From: a virus
Taxonomy: Duplodnaviria > Caudoviricetes
DNA length: 37,127 nucleotides
Reading direction: 5' to 3' (one strand)
IMG/VR virus record: IMGVR_UViG_3300032092_000112
Coordinates: 1-37,127 of that record
The position numbers and the translations under genes are program-made. Below the pieces are notes generated by a model. It searched no databases. It saw nothing but the letters and a program-made list of their open reading frames with translations, and was not told the origin of the DNA. Positions 21,906 through 31,952 of the stretch are shown piece after piece; the stretch's first letter is position 1, and every line of letters begins with the position of its first letter.

Positions 21906-24002
21906 TTATTTGGATTCTAAAGCGGCAAGGCGGGCGCGGAGCGACTTGAGTTCTGCGACAAGAATCGGAATTAGTGCCGAGTCACTGCGCTGCCATTGTT
22001 TCGTGATAGTTTCGGAGTCTTCGTCGCCAACGGTCACCGCGCCGATGTGGGCGAAGATTGGGTCGGCGGCGTGTTGTTCTTGAGCAACAAACCCAACGAC
22101 GTTTTTGCCGTTCTCGTCGCTGTTCTTCCAGTCGAACACGCGAGGCTTGAGACTGTCGATTAGACGGCCCGAATCCGTGAAGTCGCGGAGGTTTTCTTTG
22201 AGGCGACCGTCCGAGGTGGTGTTGTAAGCAACTGCGTTGGTCGTGGTGACGCGAGAAATGCTACCAATTACTGAGCCGCTTCCGTTGCGCCATGCCGCGA
22301 ATACCGCGCTGCTCGTGTCTGAGCTGTCGGAAATGTCGATGCCGCTTTTCACTGCAAGCGTGCTGCCTGCGCGGAACCATGCCGAGCCGGTCGCGCCGAC
22401 TGCGCCCGACACGACTTGAGCGGTGGCACTCGCGTCTCCGGTCACGGCTAGGCCGGTGGAGTTGACGACCAGTTTTGGCGTGCTAAACGTAGTGCCGCCA
22501 GCCGTTGTTGATGGCGTAATTTCTAAGCCGTTATCCTGACTGAATTGAGCACCTATTAACCAAGCCGTTTTTGTTGAGCCAGTCCGCAAAATAATGCTGT
22601 TGTCGGCAACGGCGTTCGTAACTTGGCCCAACGTAATTCTAGGGCTTGATGCTGTCGTTCCAAAATCTACATTTCCCGTGCTCGACACCGCCCCAGTCAC
22701 GGCGAGGCCGGTGGAGGAGAAGGTAGCGACGTCAGTTCCTGTCCCGCTCGCGCTGATAAAACCGAGCGTGGTGTTTGACGTAGAAGCCGATCCTACGTTT
22801 AGCCGGATAAACGACGCGCCCACCGAAGTATTCTTGCGCCCGCTCGCGCCGCCCGACGTGCCGAAATAGTTATTCGACAAAATGACGTTGCTTCCAGAAA
22901 TGCCCGGTTCGCCCGATTGAAAGTAAGCGGGTGCTGTGCTCGATGCGCTGTCTGAAATTCGGACGGAGCCGTTAAAGAAATCGGCACCGCCGCCAAGGGT
23001 AACATTGCCTGTTGTACTCAACGCCCCCGTCACGGCAAGGCCGGTGGAGGATAGCCGAGCGACCTCAGTTGTTCCGGCTGAATAGAAGGCAAGGTCCGCG
23101 CTCGCCGATGGCGTCTCAATCTTGAATCGGTTGTTGGAGTTGGTTCGGAACTGCAAGCCAACCGAAGAGATGCCGGGAGACTCAAGAGTGGTTACGCCGT
23201 TGCTTGAGTTAGTCGAAAGCGTCGTAAACGCGCCCGTGCTCGGCGTCGTCGCGCCGATGGCCGTGGAGTTTAGGCCAGTCAAGGTAATAGTGGCAGAGTC
23301 CGTAAAAGTAATTACATTACCGGCAGTTCCAGATGCAACAGTCTGAAACACATGAGAGCCATTCACCTGCCTGTAATTTGTCGCAACGCCGGTTGTTAAA
23401 TAAATGTTAGACGGAGTGCTATTTACATAAACATTTGCGCCTATTTCAGCAAACGGAGCAAGGCCTGTGCTTCCGTTTATATTTGCGCCAAGGCCAAGAG
23501 AGATAACCTTGCGGCTTGAAACCCACGCTGGTTGAGTTGCGCCGATAGAAAGGCCGGTTGTTGCGCTAATCGTCGTCGCCGCCACCGTGCTCGGCGTCGT
23601 GGCTCCCACCGTGCCGTTGATGTTGATCGAGGCCGTGCCAGTCAGGTTCGTGACCGTGCCCGAGCTGGGTGTGCCCAATGCGCCGCCATTAACGACCGGT
23701 GCGCCCGCTGTGCCTACGTTGACCGCCAGAGCCGTTGCGATGCCCGTGCCGAGACCGGAAATTCCGGTGCTGATCGGAATGCCAGTGGCGTTTGCGAACA
23801 CCTGCGTGAGCGTCGATTTGCGCAGTGCCGTGTCCGCGGCGCTGTGGATCAGTACGGTGTCCGCGGCGAGCGGTACGGTTTTAGCGGTCTGATCGGTGAT
23901 GGCGCCTGCCAGTAGAATAGCAGAGTCGGCCAGTGCGTTTAGATTGGCTGCGGTGACCTGGTCGCCGGTGATGTAGGTGGTGCCTTTTTGGATCTGTGCC
24001 AT
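21906..24002 (-). CDS. Tail fibre with a C-terminal intramolecular chaperone (Peptidase S74)
   Basis: N-terminal VTAANLNAL anchor, Thr/Ser/Gly-rich shaft, YNTTSDGRLKEN cleavage motif, GFVAQE and a C-terminal coiled coil. Confidence 0.9.
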   Translation of the reverse strand: MAQIQKGTTYITGDQVTAANLNALADSAILLAGAITDQTAKTVPLAADTVLIHSAADTALRKSTLTQVFANATGIPISTGISGLGTGIATALAVNVGTAGAPVVNGGALGTPSSGTVTNLTGTASININGTVGATTPSTVAATTISATTGLSIGATQPAWVSSRKVISLGLGANINGSTGLAPFAEIGANVYVNSTPSNIYLTTGVATNYRQVNGSHVFQTVASGTAGNVITFTDSATITLTGLNSTAIGATTPSTGAFTTLSTNSSNGVTTLESPGISSVGLQFRTNSNNRFKIETPSASADLAFYSAGTTEVARLSSTGLAVTGALSTTGNVTLGGGADFFNGSVRISDSASSTAPAYFQSGEPGISGSNVILSNNYFGTSGGASGRKNTSVGASFIRLNVGSASTSNTTLGFISASGTGTDVATFSSTGLAVTGAVSSTGNVDFGTTASSPRITLGQVTNAVADNSIILRTGSTKTAWLIGAQFSQDNGLEITPSTTAGGTTFSTPKLVVNSTGLAVTGDASATAQVVSGAVGATGSAWFRAGSTLAVKSGIDISDSSDTSSAVFAAWRNGSGSVIGSISRVTTTNAVAYNTTSDGRLKENLRDFTDSGRLIDSLKPRVFDWKNSDENGKNVVGFVAQEQHAADPIFAHIGAVTVGDEDSETITKQWQRSDSALIPILVAELKSLRARLAALESK

Positions 24003-24005
24003 AAA

Positions 24006-25808
24006 TTAAGGGAGTGAACCGAATTGATAGGTGGTGCCGTTAAGCCGTATAAATGCCGCAGTCGCGCTCGCCCAAACGTCGCCGTTGACCGGCGATGTGG
24101 GATTTGCGCCGGCCAGAATGCGTAGACTAGAGACCGATGTCGTGGAAGCTGCAAGCAGTAGATTAGTCGAGGCCGAACCCGCAGCGCCGACGCCGACCGT
24201 GGAAAGTTGAGGAGACGTTGATAGCACTGTATCGCCGGTGCCGGTCGATGTGGTCACGCCGGTGCCACCATTGGCCACGGGGAGTGCCGTGCCGCTGTAG
24301 GTAATCGCCAGCGTGCCGGCGCCTGTAATTGGACTGCCAGAAATCGACAACACGCTGGGCACCGTTGCGGCCACCGAGGTCACCGTCCCGCCAGACGAGG
24401 GAGAGCTATTTGTAACCGTAAAGCTCGGATAGGTTCCGCTGACAGATATGCCCGTGCCGGCAGCGATGGCCACGGTCTGATCTGGCGCACTATTGGTTAT
24501 AGTAAAATTTGGATATGTGCCACTGGTCGATATTCCGGTGCTGGCCGTTAAGGCCACGGTCTGGTCGGGCGCGGTATTAGTGATGGTGAGCGTGCCTGAG
24601 GTAGTGATAGGACTACCTGATACGCTGATCCCCGTGCCAGCGGTAGCCGCAACAGATGTCACCGATCCACCGGCGTCGGCCACGAAGCTGACGTTGGTGC
24701 CGTCGCTCTGTAGGTTCTTTCCGCTCGCGCCGGCCTGACTTGGCAGGAGGGCATTGAGCGCCGCCTGCGCCGTGACCTGACCAGTGCCGCCCTTCGCAAT
24801 CGGCACCGTGTCCGAAAGCGTAGACCCTGCAGCGGTGACCGTAATCGCTGCGGAGCCGTCAAAGTTTACTCCGTTGATGGCGCGAGCCGTCTGAAGAATG
24901 GTCGCACTCCCAGCGTTGCCTGTGATCGTAGTCTGGTCACCCGTGTTGGTCCCGCTCAGATTTGACCCACTGACCGCCCCAGACGCAGCAACGGATGTCG
25001 GTGTGATGGCGCCGAGCGTCAGGCTGATGGCCGGCGTCGTGGTGGCAGTGGCCACGGTCCCGCTGACGCCATTGGCGGTCGTCACCGATACGCTGGTGAC
25101 AGATCCCACGCCAGCCGCCACCCAAGAGGTGGTCGTGCCGTTTGTCGAGAGCACCTTGCCCGAGTTGCCCGCCTGGCTGGGCGTAAGGTCGTTGAGATCT
25201 GGAGCAGTCCACGAGGCATCGGCTCGCAGAAATTTCTTGGCTGCGGCAGATCCTACGGTGGGCGCCAACACTAGACCCTGAGTGCCGCCGGATCCTGAGT
25301 CGCCCACGAAGACCGGCAGCATAGCGTTGACCGACGCCATGCTCAGATCGGTTGGGGCGCCGGTGCCGCTAGACCGGCCCTTGATTACGGTGCCAGTCAT
25401 GTCGGCCAGCTTCGCGTTGGTCACTACGCCGGCTGCAATGGTCGAAGCGAATGAGCCTGTGCCCGAGCCAGTGACATCTCCGGTCAACGTGATTGTCTGG
25501 TCGCCAGTATTAGTGCCGCTCAGGTTGCTCCCCGAGACGGCCCCAGAGGCGACCACACTGGTCGGCGTAATTGCGCCAAGACCTAGCGCAATTGTTCCGG
25601 TCGATGTAATGGGAGAGCCACTACTGGTGATTCCATTGGATCCGCTTACCGAGACCGAGGTGACCGTACCGCCGCCGGACGCTGCTAACAATTGCGCCAC
25701 CGTGGCCCGCTTGTTGGTCGAGGTTGATCCGTCCACCAAGACCGTGAAGTCGTTGGTGTTGACGCCAGTGGCGACCGGCAACTGAGAGATTTTTTTATCA
25801 ACGCTCAT
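24006..25808 (-). CDS. Fibre/decoration protein with repeated GTVTSV and SGTNTGDQT modules
   Basis: 600 aa, KKISQLP N-terminus, internal repeats and ARAINGVNFDGSAAIT, PIAKGGTG and LPVANGGTG fibre motifs. Confidence 0.8.
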   Translation of the reverse strand: MSVDKKISQLPVATGVNTNDFTVLVDGSTSTNKRATVAQLLAASGGGTVTSVSVSGSNGITSSGSPITSTGTIALGLGAITPTSVVASGAVSGSNLSGTNTGDQTITLTGDVTGSGTGSFASTIAAGVVTNAKLADMTGTVIKGRSSGTGAPTDLSMASVNAMLPVFVGDSGSGGTQGLVLAPTVGSAAAKKFLRADASWTAPDLNDLTPSQAGNSGKVLSTNGTTTSWVAAGVGSVTSVSVTTANGVSGTVATATTTPAISLTLGAITPTSVAASGAVSGSNLSGTNTGDQTTITGNAGSATILQTARAINGVNFDGSAAITVTAAGSTLSDTVPIAKGGTGQVTAQAALNALLPSQAGASGKNLQSDGTNVSFVADAGGSVTSVAATAGTGISVSGSPITTSGTLTITNTAPDQTVALTASTGISTSGTYPNFTITNSAPDQTVAIAAGTGISVSGTYPSFTVTNSSPSSGGTVTSVAATVPSVLSISGSPITGAGTLAITYSGTALPVANGGTGVTTSTGTGDTVLSTSPQLSTVGVGAAGSASTNLLLAASTTSVSSLRILAGANPTSPVNGDVWASATAAFIRLNGTTYQFGSLP

Positions 25809-25918
25809 TCGACAATTATGCGTGATCCGTCCTCGAGGAGAAGCTGTCGATTTTCCTCGGTGTTAAGGAAGGCGATAATGCGAACCACCTTCAGCATGCG
25901 GTTCAGCAGTGCGTGCAT
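25805..25918 (-). CDS. Small peptide with an LLLEDG motif (37 aa)
   Basis: Below cutoff. MHALLNRMLKVVRIIAFLNTEENRQLLLEDGSRIIVE, with an ATGA overlap on the fibre gene. Confidence 0.6.
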   Translation of the reverse strand: MHALLNRMLKVVRIIAFLNTEENRQLLLEDGSRIIVE

Positions 25919-25920
25919 GC

Positions 25921-26226
25921 TTAGTCCGTAAACGGAGAAGCGATAACGCGAGCGGCGGCGCTAACGTAAATAAATTTAGCGGCCTGCGCGGTCTGCCGGC
26001 TGACCATTTCGCGGTATCCCGAGGCGAGCACATGTCCATTGGTCGCGCTTGGTGTGCTGTTGTCAAAAGTGACGTAGACCGAGGCATTTTTGACCTCAAG
26101 CAGAACGTAGTGGGTTTGAAGATTGAACGCGGTGAGCTGAACGACGCTGCCAGCGACTGCAATTTCTTGCAGCGTTTGACCGACATGCGGCTTCGGGTAG
26201 AGGTTGATGGCTTTGGTGAGTTGCAT
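25921..26226 (-). CDS. Hypothetical small virion protein
   Basis: 101-aa beta-rich ORF (VYVTFDNSTPSATNGHVL) in the structural operon. Confidence 0.7.
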   Translation of the reverse strand: MQLTKAINLYPKPHVGQTLQEIAVAGSVVQLTAFNLQTHYVLLEVKNASVYVTFDNSTPSATNGHVLASGYREMVSRQTAQAAKFIYVSAAARVIASPFTD

Positions 26227-26237
26227 AGATTTGAATT

Positions 26238-27008
26238 TTAATAACCAAAAAAGTTAATTCTGCGGACCTGGCCTTGGGTGGTGAGAATTCGCTCGACCTC
26301 TTTTTCACGAGTCTGTTCGGCCTCGGCTTCAGCGATGACGGCCTGATCAAATTGACCCTCGGCGCGGAGGTAGTCGGAGAGAGCGGCACGGGCGACATAG
26401 TCTCCCAAAAAGTAAGGAATTTCTACCAGCGACCAGTTGGCGGTGTTGCTGGTGGGCGACTGGTTGGCGGTGGTCGCGATGATGCACTCGTACAGGTTGC
26501 CGGCGGGCTGCTTGCCGGCGCCAGGCGTAAAGGATCCGGTGTTGCTACTGGTGTCGAAGTAGGCTTGGGCGCCAACAGAGTAGGCCACGGTTGCGCTCCA
26601 GGCGTCGCCGTAGAGTTCTGGGTTTGCAATGCGGTATTCCACAAAAACAGGCGTCGCATTCTGCATGAGGTTGAGGTAGTCATGCGTGCCGTCGTTGTAC
26701 AAAAAGTACTTCAAAATTTTGGCTCGAGTCGTGAGCCGCGGATCCTGGTCATAGACGTTGAGCACCTCGCCCACATCGGTGCCAAGCTGCACGGTGCGGA
26801 TGCCTTGAGCATCGACGGCCACGGTGTCGCCGGGGTACGCCGTGACGCGGATCAGGTCTGGCCACACATCCGACTTCCAGATGCTCTCGATCCGACCGCT
26901 CGCAAAATCACGAAACTGCGCGAACATTTGCGCGGTGATACTCGACCGATCTAGTCCCGCGAGTTGCAGGTATCGGTAGAACACGGTGCTGAGTTCGATT
27001 AGGCGCAT
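26238..27008 (-). CDS. Head-tail adaptor (tubular protein A-like) with an inserted carbohydrate-binding-like module
   Basis: Located after the capsid gene; helical ends (W.SDVWPDL, IPYFLGDYV...ALSDYLRAEGQ) and an insert AWSATVAYSVG...NLYECI...W. Confidence 0.7.
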   Translation of the reverse strand: MRLIELSTVFYRYLQLAGLDRSSITAQMFAQFRDFASGRIESIWKSDVWPDLIRVTAYPGDTVAVDAQGIRTVQLGTDVGEVLNVYDQDPRLTTRAKILKYFLYNDGTHDYLNLMQNATPVFVEYRIANPELYGDAWSATVAYSVGAQAYFDTSSNTGSFTPGAGKQPAGNLYECIIATTANQSPTSNTANWSLVEIPYFLGDYVARAALSDYLRAEGQFDQAVIAEAEAEQTREKEVERILTTQGQVRRINFFGY

Positions 27009-27367
27009 CTTCCAAATTGGTCGAGAATTGAAACCTTGCTGCCATCGCTGGTCGATTTTCCGTAACCGACCTGCATCTTGGTGGCGCCGCCCTTGGTCTC
27101 GAGGCCAGGATTGTCGCGCAAGAATTCGCGGATAAAAGTGTCATTTCTCCAGCATTCGTATCCCAGTTTCTGGCCCCAGAAATGAAAAGAGGAGGCAGGA
27201 ATTCGGGCGCGTAGACGGCCTAAACCGTCCACGCCCCGATGATAGACTTGGTTGAGCGCCGAGGTCTTTTTGGCCTCGATAACACTCAACACCTTTTCCT
27301 TGTGCCAGCCCCGACGAAACTCGGCCAGCAGAGGCTTATAGAGATCGTCGGGGACGGCGGCGATCAT
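26999..27367 (-). CDS. Conserved hypothetical protein downstream of the capsid gene
   Basis: 122-aa ORF, GLGRLRARIP...WGQKLGYECW...FIREFLRDNP. Confidence 0.75.
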   Translation of the reverse strand: MIAAVPDDLYKPLLAEFRRGWHKEKVLSVIEAKKTSALNQVYHRGVDGLGRLRARIPASSFHFWGQKLGYECWRNDTFIREFLRDNPGLETKGGATKMQVGYGKSTSDGSKVSILDQFGRCA

Positions 27368-28362
27368 TAGCTCGAGAAGTCGAACTTGCCGAACGCGAGC
27401 GGATTCTTAACAACGAGACCGGCGACGGCCTCGATCAAGCGGGCTGGACCACCGCCGTAGTCAGGGAGATCCTTAACTTCAGGGAGGCTGGAGTAGCGGA
27501 TTTCGGTGAGGTCGGTCGGGATGACGTAGCCCTTGTAAACCGCGGGCATGAACGCATCTGGGTGCAGACGAATGCGACCAAAGTCGCCCTCGAACACGTC
27601 CACGCTCGACATAAACGTGTCAGCATCGGCCTCGCGATTGAACGTGCGGATCGAAGAAGCGGTGTTGGTGTTGGCGTTCTGGCTGGTCGTGAAGAGCAGG
27701 TTCGTGAAGGCGCGTTTGACGCTGGTGCCGACGATGCCGTCGTAGTCGCGGAACGTACCGGTTTGGCCGTAGATGCTGGTGAGCAGACCCTGCACCATTG
27801 CCTCGTCGAGGGTCGTGGATGCAGCGGAACCACCAACGATGCTGGCGCTCGGGGTGCGGAACGCAGAGGGAACCGTTGGCACAGAGCCACCAGTCGTGCT
27901 GATCCAGACGCCCATCGCCTTGGTGAGGTAAGGAACGGTGCCGTTATCCGCCTGGCCATCGCTGGCCGAGAGGAAGGTCGCTTCCATATCGCGTTTTAGT
28001 GCCGTTATGCCCTTGGCGACCATGCCAGCGAGTTCGTCCTTCAGACCGGCGACGATAGAGACATCGACGGAGAGAGGAGACACGCGCACGGGCCGGCGGA
28101 AGATCTGAACATAGTTGGCCAGAATTGCGCGACCCGAGTTGAGATTTTGATAGTCTGCGGAGGTGACATCAGTGCCGTCCACGGTGCCGGTGATGGCGGT
28201 GGCTGGCATGTTGTCGGCCTGCCATTGCATGAAGGTGTTGCCGGGCTTGGAGCCTTTTGGAGCCATCGCGACGAAGGGGGTGTCCTTCGCATCGACGAGC
28301 GAGATATAGTCAGCGAGGTCTTCGCGTTTACCAACTTGTGAGCGTTCGAATAATTGAGCCAT
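27367..28362 (-). CDS. Major capsid protein (DUF5309/SU10-type, HK97 fold)
   Basis: REDLADYI..VD..DTPF, QWQAD, NYVQIF, LKRDME and VDVFEGDFG motifs; follows the scaffold gene. Confidence 0.9.
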   Translation of the reverse strand: MAQLFERSQVGKREDLADYISLVDAKDTPFVAMAPKGSKPGNTFMQWQADNMPATAITGTVDGTDVTSADYQNLNSGRAILANYVQIFRRPVRVSPLSVDVSIVAGLKDELAGMVAKGITALKRDMEATFLSASDGQADNGTVPYLTKAMGVWISTTGGSVPTVPSAFRTPSASIVGGSAASTTLDEAMVQGLLTSIYGQTGTFRDYDGIVGTSVKRAFTNLLFTTSQNANTNTASSIRTFNREADADTFMSSVDVFEGDFGRIRLHPDAFMPAVYKGYVIPTDLTEIRYSSLPEVKDLPDYGGGPARLIEAVAGLVVKNPLAFGKFDFSS

Positions 28363-28377
28363 GTGAGTGTTTTCCTA

Positions 28378-29436
28378 TTACAAAAATTGTTGTAGAAGAA
28401 GATCCTTTAGATTTGAGGTGGTGGCAGTTTTTCGGAATTTGGCTTCAGCATTTTTTGAGTCCCGCTCCTTGGCGGTGACACTAGCTGGGCCTGAGGTTGA
28501 GCGAGTAGGTTGAACAGGTGCTTTCTTGAGTGGAGCCTTTGCAGCCCCTGCTTTTTGAGCAGCATAATTGTTTTCCCTTTGAGCTGCGCCGCGGATGTAG
28601 TCGCCGATTACCATCTTGTAGTCTGGGAATTTTCTCAGCTCGGGAAAAGCAGTCAGCATGTTTTGTGCGACGGCATATTCTCGGCTGGTCCGATCCTTCC
28701 ACCACTGGTATTCACTTTCGGCCATCGGGTCGATTTGGCTGCGAGTATTTACATACCGGAGCTGCTTCGGCAGATGTTCTTCTAGAGCGTCGAGTGCGTT
28801 GAGCTTAATGCGTCGAACATCTTCTGCTGAGTAGTCGGTTTCCTTGCCCACCTTGTCTTTCACGGTGGCACCGTCAGCATTTTCTTCGCACCAGCGACGA
28901 ACCTTACGCGCTTCCGCGAATGCTAAATCTACCTCGGCTTGCGACTGAAGGTGCAAGTAGGGGTTGTCGGGCGTAGACCGAATCGGAGCATCCGCAATTG
29001 AGGCGGCTTTTGTTTCGAGCTTGAACCTGAGATCAGCAATCTGGGCTTCCAACTGCGTCGCCTTTGCTTCGGCTTCCTTGCGAAGAGCGGTCAGCTTGTC
29101 GATACGCTTTTGGGCGCCCTTGGGCAGTCCCTCTTCAACCGCATCCGTTGACTGTTCAACTTCCGCAAATTTTGAAGTTTCCTCCACAGTTGCCTGTGAA
29201 TTGTCTTCGGTTGCCTCGGCATCTGCCGTGGATTCCTCGGACGTTGATTCCGCTTTTTTGTCAGGTGCTGGTGCCTGTGCCGGCTCGTTCGACAGTGATC
29301 GGCGAAGCAAAGAAGCAAGCTTCTCCTCGCTGATTTTACCGAGCTTATCTGCCACGGAGGTTGTGAGAGGCTTGTCCGCGCTCGTTCCGTTGTCCAAGGG
29401 TGCGGTCTCTTCTATCTGATTTGCTGTATCGGGCAT
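28378..29436 (-). CDS. Capsid scaffolding protein
   Basis: Acidic disordered N-terminus, KRIDKLTALRKEAE coiled coil, immediately upstream of the capsid gene. Confidence 0.8.
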   Translation of the reverse strand: MPDTANQIEETAPLDNGTSADKPLTTSVADKLGKISEEKLASLLRRSLSNEPAQAPAPDKKAESTSEESTADAEATEDNSQATVEETSKFAEVEQSTDAVEEGLPKGAQKRIDKLTALRKEAEAKATQLEAQIADLRFKLETKAASIADAPIRSTPDNPYLHLQSQAEVDLAFAEARKVRRWCEENADGATVKDKVGKETDYSAEDVRRIKLNALDALEEHLPKQLRYVNTRSQIDPMAESEYQWWKDRTSREYAVAQNMLTAFPELRKFPDYKMVIGDYIRGAAQRENNYAAQKAGAAKAPLKKAPVQPTRSTSGPASVTAKERDSKNAEAKFRKTATTSNLKDLLLQQFL

Positions 29437-29577
29437 GGTGTTTTGTGACCGCCAAGAGGTCGTGCAGCGTTGCTCATCGGCGACACGCAGAAAGCCGTTG
29501 ACGCACGATTCCCTAAATTTGTTTTCCAGTCTAGTATCCAGCTAACTTACACCAACTCTACCCACCTTTTTGTGGGA

Positions 29578-29805
29578 TCATAGGTATCGTTTCTTGGCCT
29601 CGTCGCGCAGTTGGTGCAGCGAGATCAAGAAGTCATTGAGCGCCTCGGCCCTGCCGGCGGCGTGGATGCGATACTCACCGAGGGTCTCGCGGTTGATTGC
29701 GGTCTCGACCTCATCTTGAATGCAGTCGCTGGTGTGGGCCAGAACTGCATCCCAGAGCGGGCTGGTGCCGGTGAAAGCAAATGGCTCTAGTTGGTCTGGT
29801 TTCAT
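29578..29805 (-). CDS. Small conserved protein downstream of the portal
   Basis: 75 aa, RIHAAGRAEAL motif, overlapping the portal stop. Confidence 0.75.
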   Translation of the reverse strand: MKPDQLEPFAFTGTSPLWDAVLAHTSDCIQDEVETAINRETLGEYRIHAAGRAEALNDFLISLHQLRDEAKKRYL

Positions 29806-31952
29806 TGAGCAGGCGGAGGAGTGGCCGAGGCCGGCGTGACGCCGATCTTGCCGACCTGTTTATTCTGCTGCTGCTGCATCGAGAACTGCAAATTCTGCAT
29901 GTACTTTTGGAGGAGCTGCTGGAACTGCTGGTCGGTTTTTGACGCCTGCTGGGCCTTCGGATTGCTCTGTAAGACCTGCTGGGCGTACTGCATTTTGGAG
30001 GCCGCGGCAGGATCGTTTTCGACGTAGAGCGCCTCGTTGCCGAGCATCATCATGCCGATGTCGGTCTGCACGTCCTTGAACATTTTCTGTGATGCGCCCT
30101 GCTGGTCGGTGATCATGGTGCGAGCTGCATCCGGCGAGATGGCGGTCATAATGTCGGTGATGAGTTGGTTGCGGTCGATCACGCCGCCGGCGTCGAGCGG
30201 CACGACGAACTGCGAGATGGCCTGCAACTTTTTCATCACATATTCGTTGTCCATGTCGCGCACGTCGTACTTCAGAATGAAGTCGAACTGGCCGGCGATA
30301 TCGCTGATATTCTGCGGCATTGGCGAGTTGACGATGCGCTGGATCTCCTCCGCTGGCATGTACTGGAGGCAGAGCTGGAAAGTCTGGGAGAACACTTTGC
30401 TCCAGACGCCGAACCAGTTGTTGATCTCCTTCTGCATAATCACCTGCTGTTTGGCGGGCGGGACGGAGGCGTGCAGCAGGCCAAAGTAGTTTGCGTGCCG
30501 GCTCTCGACCTGACCGATGACCGCCATCGCCTCGCTGATCGGGGAGCGTGGCGGATCCATGAATTGGTAATCGTCGGCCTGGGTGACAGGAAGCTGCACA
30601 CCGGGACCGATCTTGTTGATCATGCCGATGCGTTTCTTGACGCGGATCGGTGGCAGCGTGGTGAACGCGGTGCGGTCGCGCATCGAGTCGTGCTGGGCCT
30701 TGATCTCATCCTGGTCGGTCATCGACAACTCCGGTACGCCCCGAGAGTCACAGATGGCTCGACGCAGACGCTCGCGCCGGTACTCGACAAATGGATACTC
30801 GCCGTGCGCGTAGTCCAGCAGCTCGTGCTTGGCGTACATGTCCTGACCCAGCTCGGGGCAGAAGACGGTGTAGTAGATCGCCGGCGAACCGTTGTCGCTG
30901 AGTTGGCGCGTGTAGGCGTGGACAATCTCGATCAAGTGATCGTTGCGCACCGTGCCGCTGACGCTCAGGGAGGTGGTGACCAGGTTGGGATTGTTGTACC
31001 AGCTTTGCCGGCCCTGAGTGACCGCGGCCTTCTCGCAGAATTCTGCGCTCCAGCCGGCATCCTTCTCCATCGCCTTCAGCTCGACCTCGGTGAAGTATTC
31101 TCGCCGAAAGATGACGCGGGCGCGTTGGAGGTCGATGGTCTCGGGCGGAAACGCCACCTCGTCGAAAGGTTTCAGCGCGGTGACCGAGGGCAAATTCTTC
31201 TGGATGTATTCCTCGTCGTACTCGCCGGTACCGGTCTCGCGCAGATCTCGCACAAATTTTTTGGCGTCGCGAATGGTGAGATCCGGCAGGAACGTGGTGA
31301 CAATATCTGCCGCCTGCTGTTCGGCCTCGGGGTTCATCACGAGCATGGGTAGCTGCGCGATGATGCTGGCTGGGTTGGTGGCGGCGGCCTGCTGCGATAG
31401 CTGCATGACCTGCTGCATGGTGATCTTCTGTGACCGGATGGCGGTCTTCTGATCCCAGGCCACATGGACGACGGACCAACCGTACTGCTGGGTGTACTGA
31501 GCGAGCAGCTCGGCCTCGCGCTCGAGTTCGACCTTGAGTTTGTTCTGGCGGATCCACGTCATCAGCTCGCTGGCCGCAGCCGCCATCCCGCCGTCCCTGA
31601 TATTGACGCCGGAGATGTTGAGCTGACCGCGGACAAATGAGGTGGTCAGGTTGGCCACCAGTTCATTGATGGTGGAATCGACGAGACGAATGCGCACGTC
31701 GGAGGCGCCCTCGAACGGGAACACCTGGTCGCCGTCTGGACGGGTGGAGCTGTACTTTTTGCCGTCGTCGGTCATGCCCGACCACTTGCAGAATCGCACT
31801 GCGTCGTTGTTATCGACGCGGCTGACATTGTTGCCGGTGTAGAGCGAGCGCTTGAACTCGTAGTTGAGATAGTTTACATCTGGCTTCTCGCTCGCGTTGA
31901 CGAGCTGGTCGGTGTTTGGCGAACCTGGTACTTTTTTATAATCAAGACTCAT
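29802..31952 (-). CDS. Portal protein
   Basis: 716 aa between TerL and scaffold; PFEGASD, HGEYPFV, SRGVPE and a Gln-rich C-terminal barrel (P22-like). Confidence 0.88.
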   Translation of the reverse strand: MSLDYKKVPGSPNTDQLVNASEKPDVNYLNYEFKRSLYTGNNVSRVDNNDAVRFCKWSGMTDDGKKYSSTRPDGDQVFPFEGASDVRIRLVDSTINELVANLTTSFVRGQLNISGVNIRDGGMAAAASELMTWIRQNKLKVELEREAELLAQYTQQYGWSVVHVAWDQKTAIRSQKITMQQVMQLSQQAAATNPASIIAQLPMLVMNPEAEQQAADIVTTFLPDLTIRDAKKFVRDLRETGTGEYDEEYIQKNLPSVTALKPFDEVAFPPETIDLQRARVIFRREYFTEVELKAMEKDAGWSAEFCEKAAVTQGRQSWYNNPNLVTTSLSVSGTVRNDHLIEIVHAYTRQLSDNGSPAIYYTVFCPELGQDMYAKHELLDYAHGEYPFVEYRRERLRRAICDSRGVPELSMTDQDEIKAQHDSMRDRTAFTTLPPIRVKKRIGMINKIGPGVQLPVTQADDYQFMDPPRSPISEAMAVIGQVESRHANYFGLLHASVPPAKQQVIMQKEINNWFGVWSKVFSQTFQLCLQYMPAEEIQRIVNSPMPQNISDIAGQFDFILKYDVRDMDNEYVMKKLQAISQFVVPLDAGGVIDRNQLITDIMTAISPDAARTMITDQQGASQKMFKDVQTDIGMMMLGNEALYVENDPAAASKMQYAQQVLQSNPKAQQASKTDQQFQQLLQKYMQNLQFSMQQQQNKQVGKIGVTPASATPPPAQ

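Noticed and set aside
21906-25808. Diversity-generating retroelement acting on the tail fibres
   Set aside because: I see no reverse transcriptase and no template/variable repeat pair differing at adenines.
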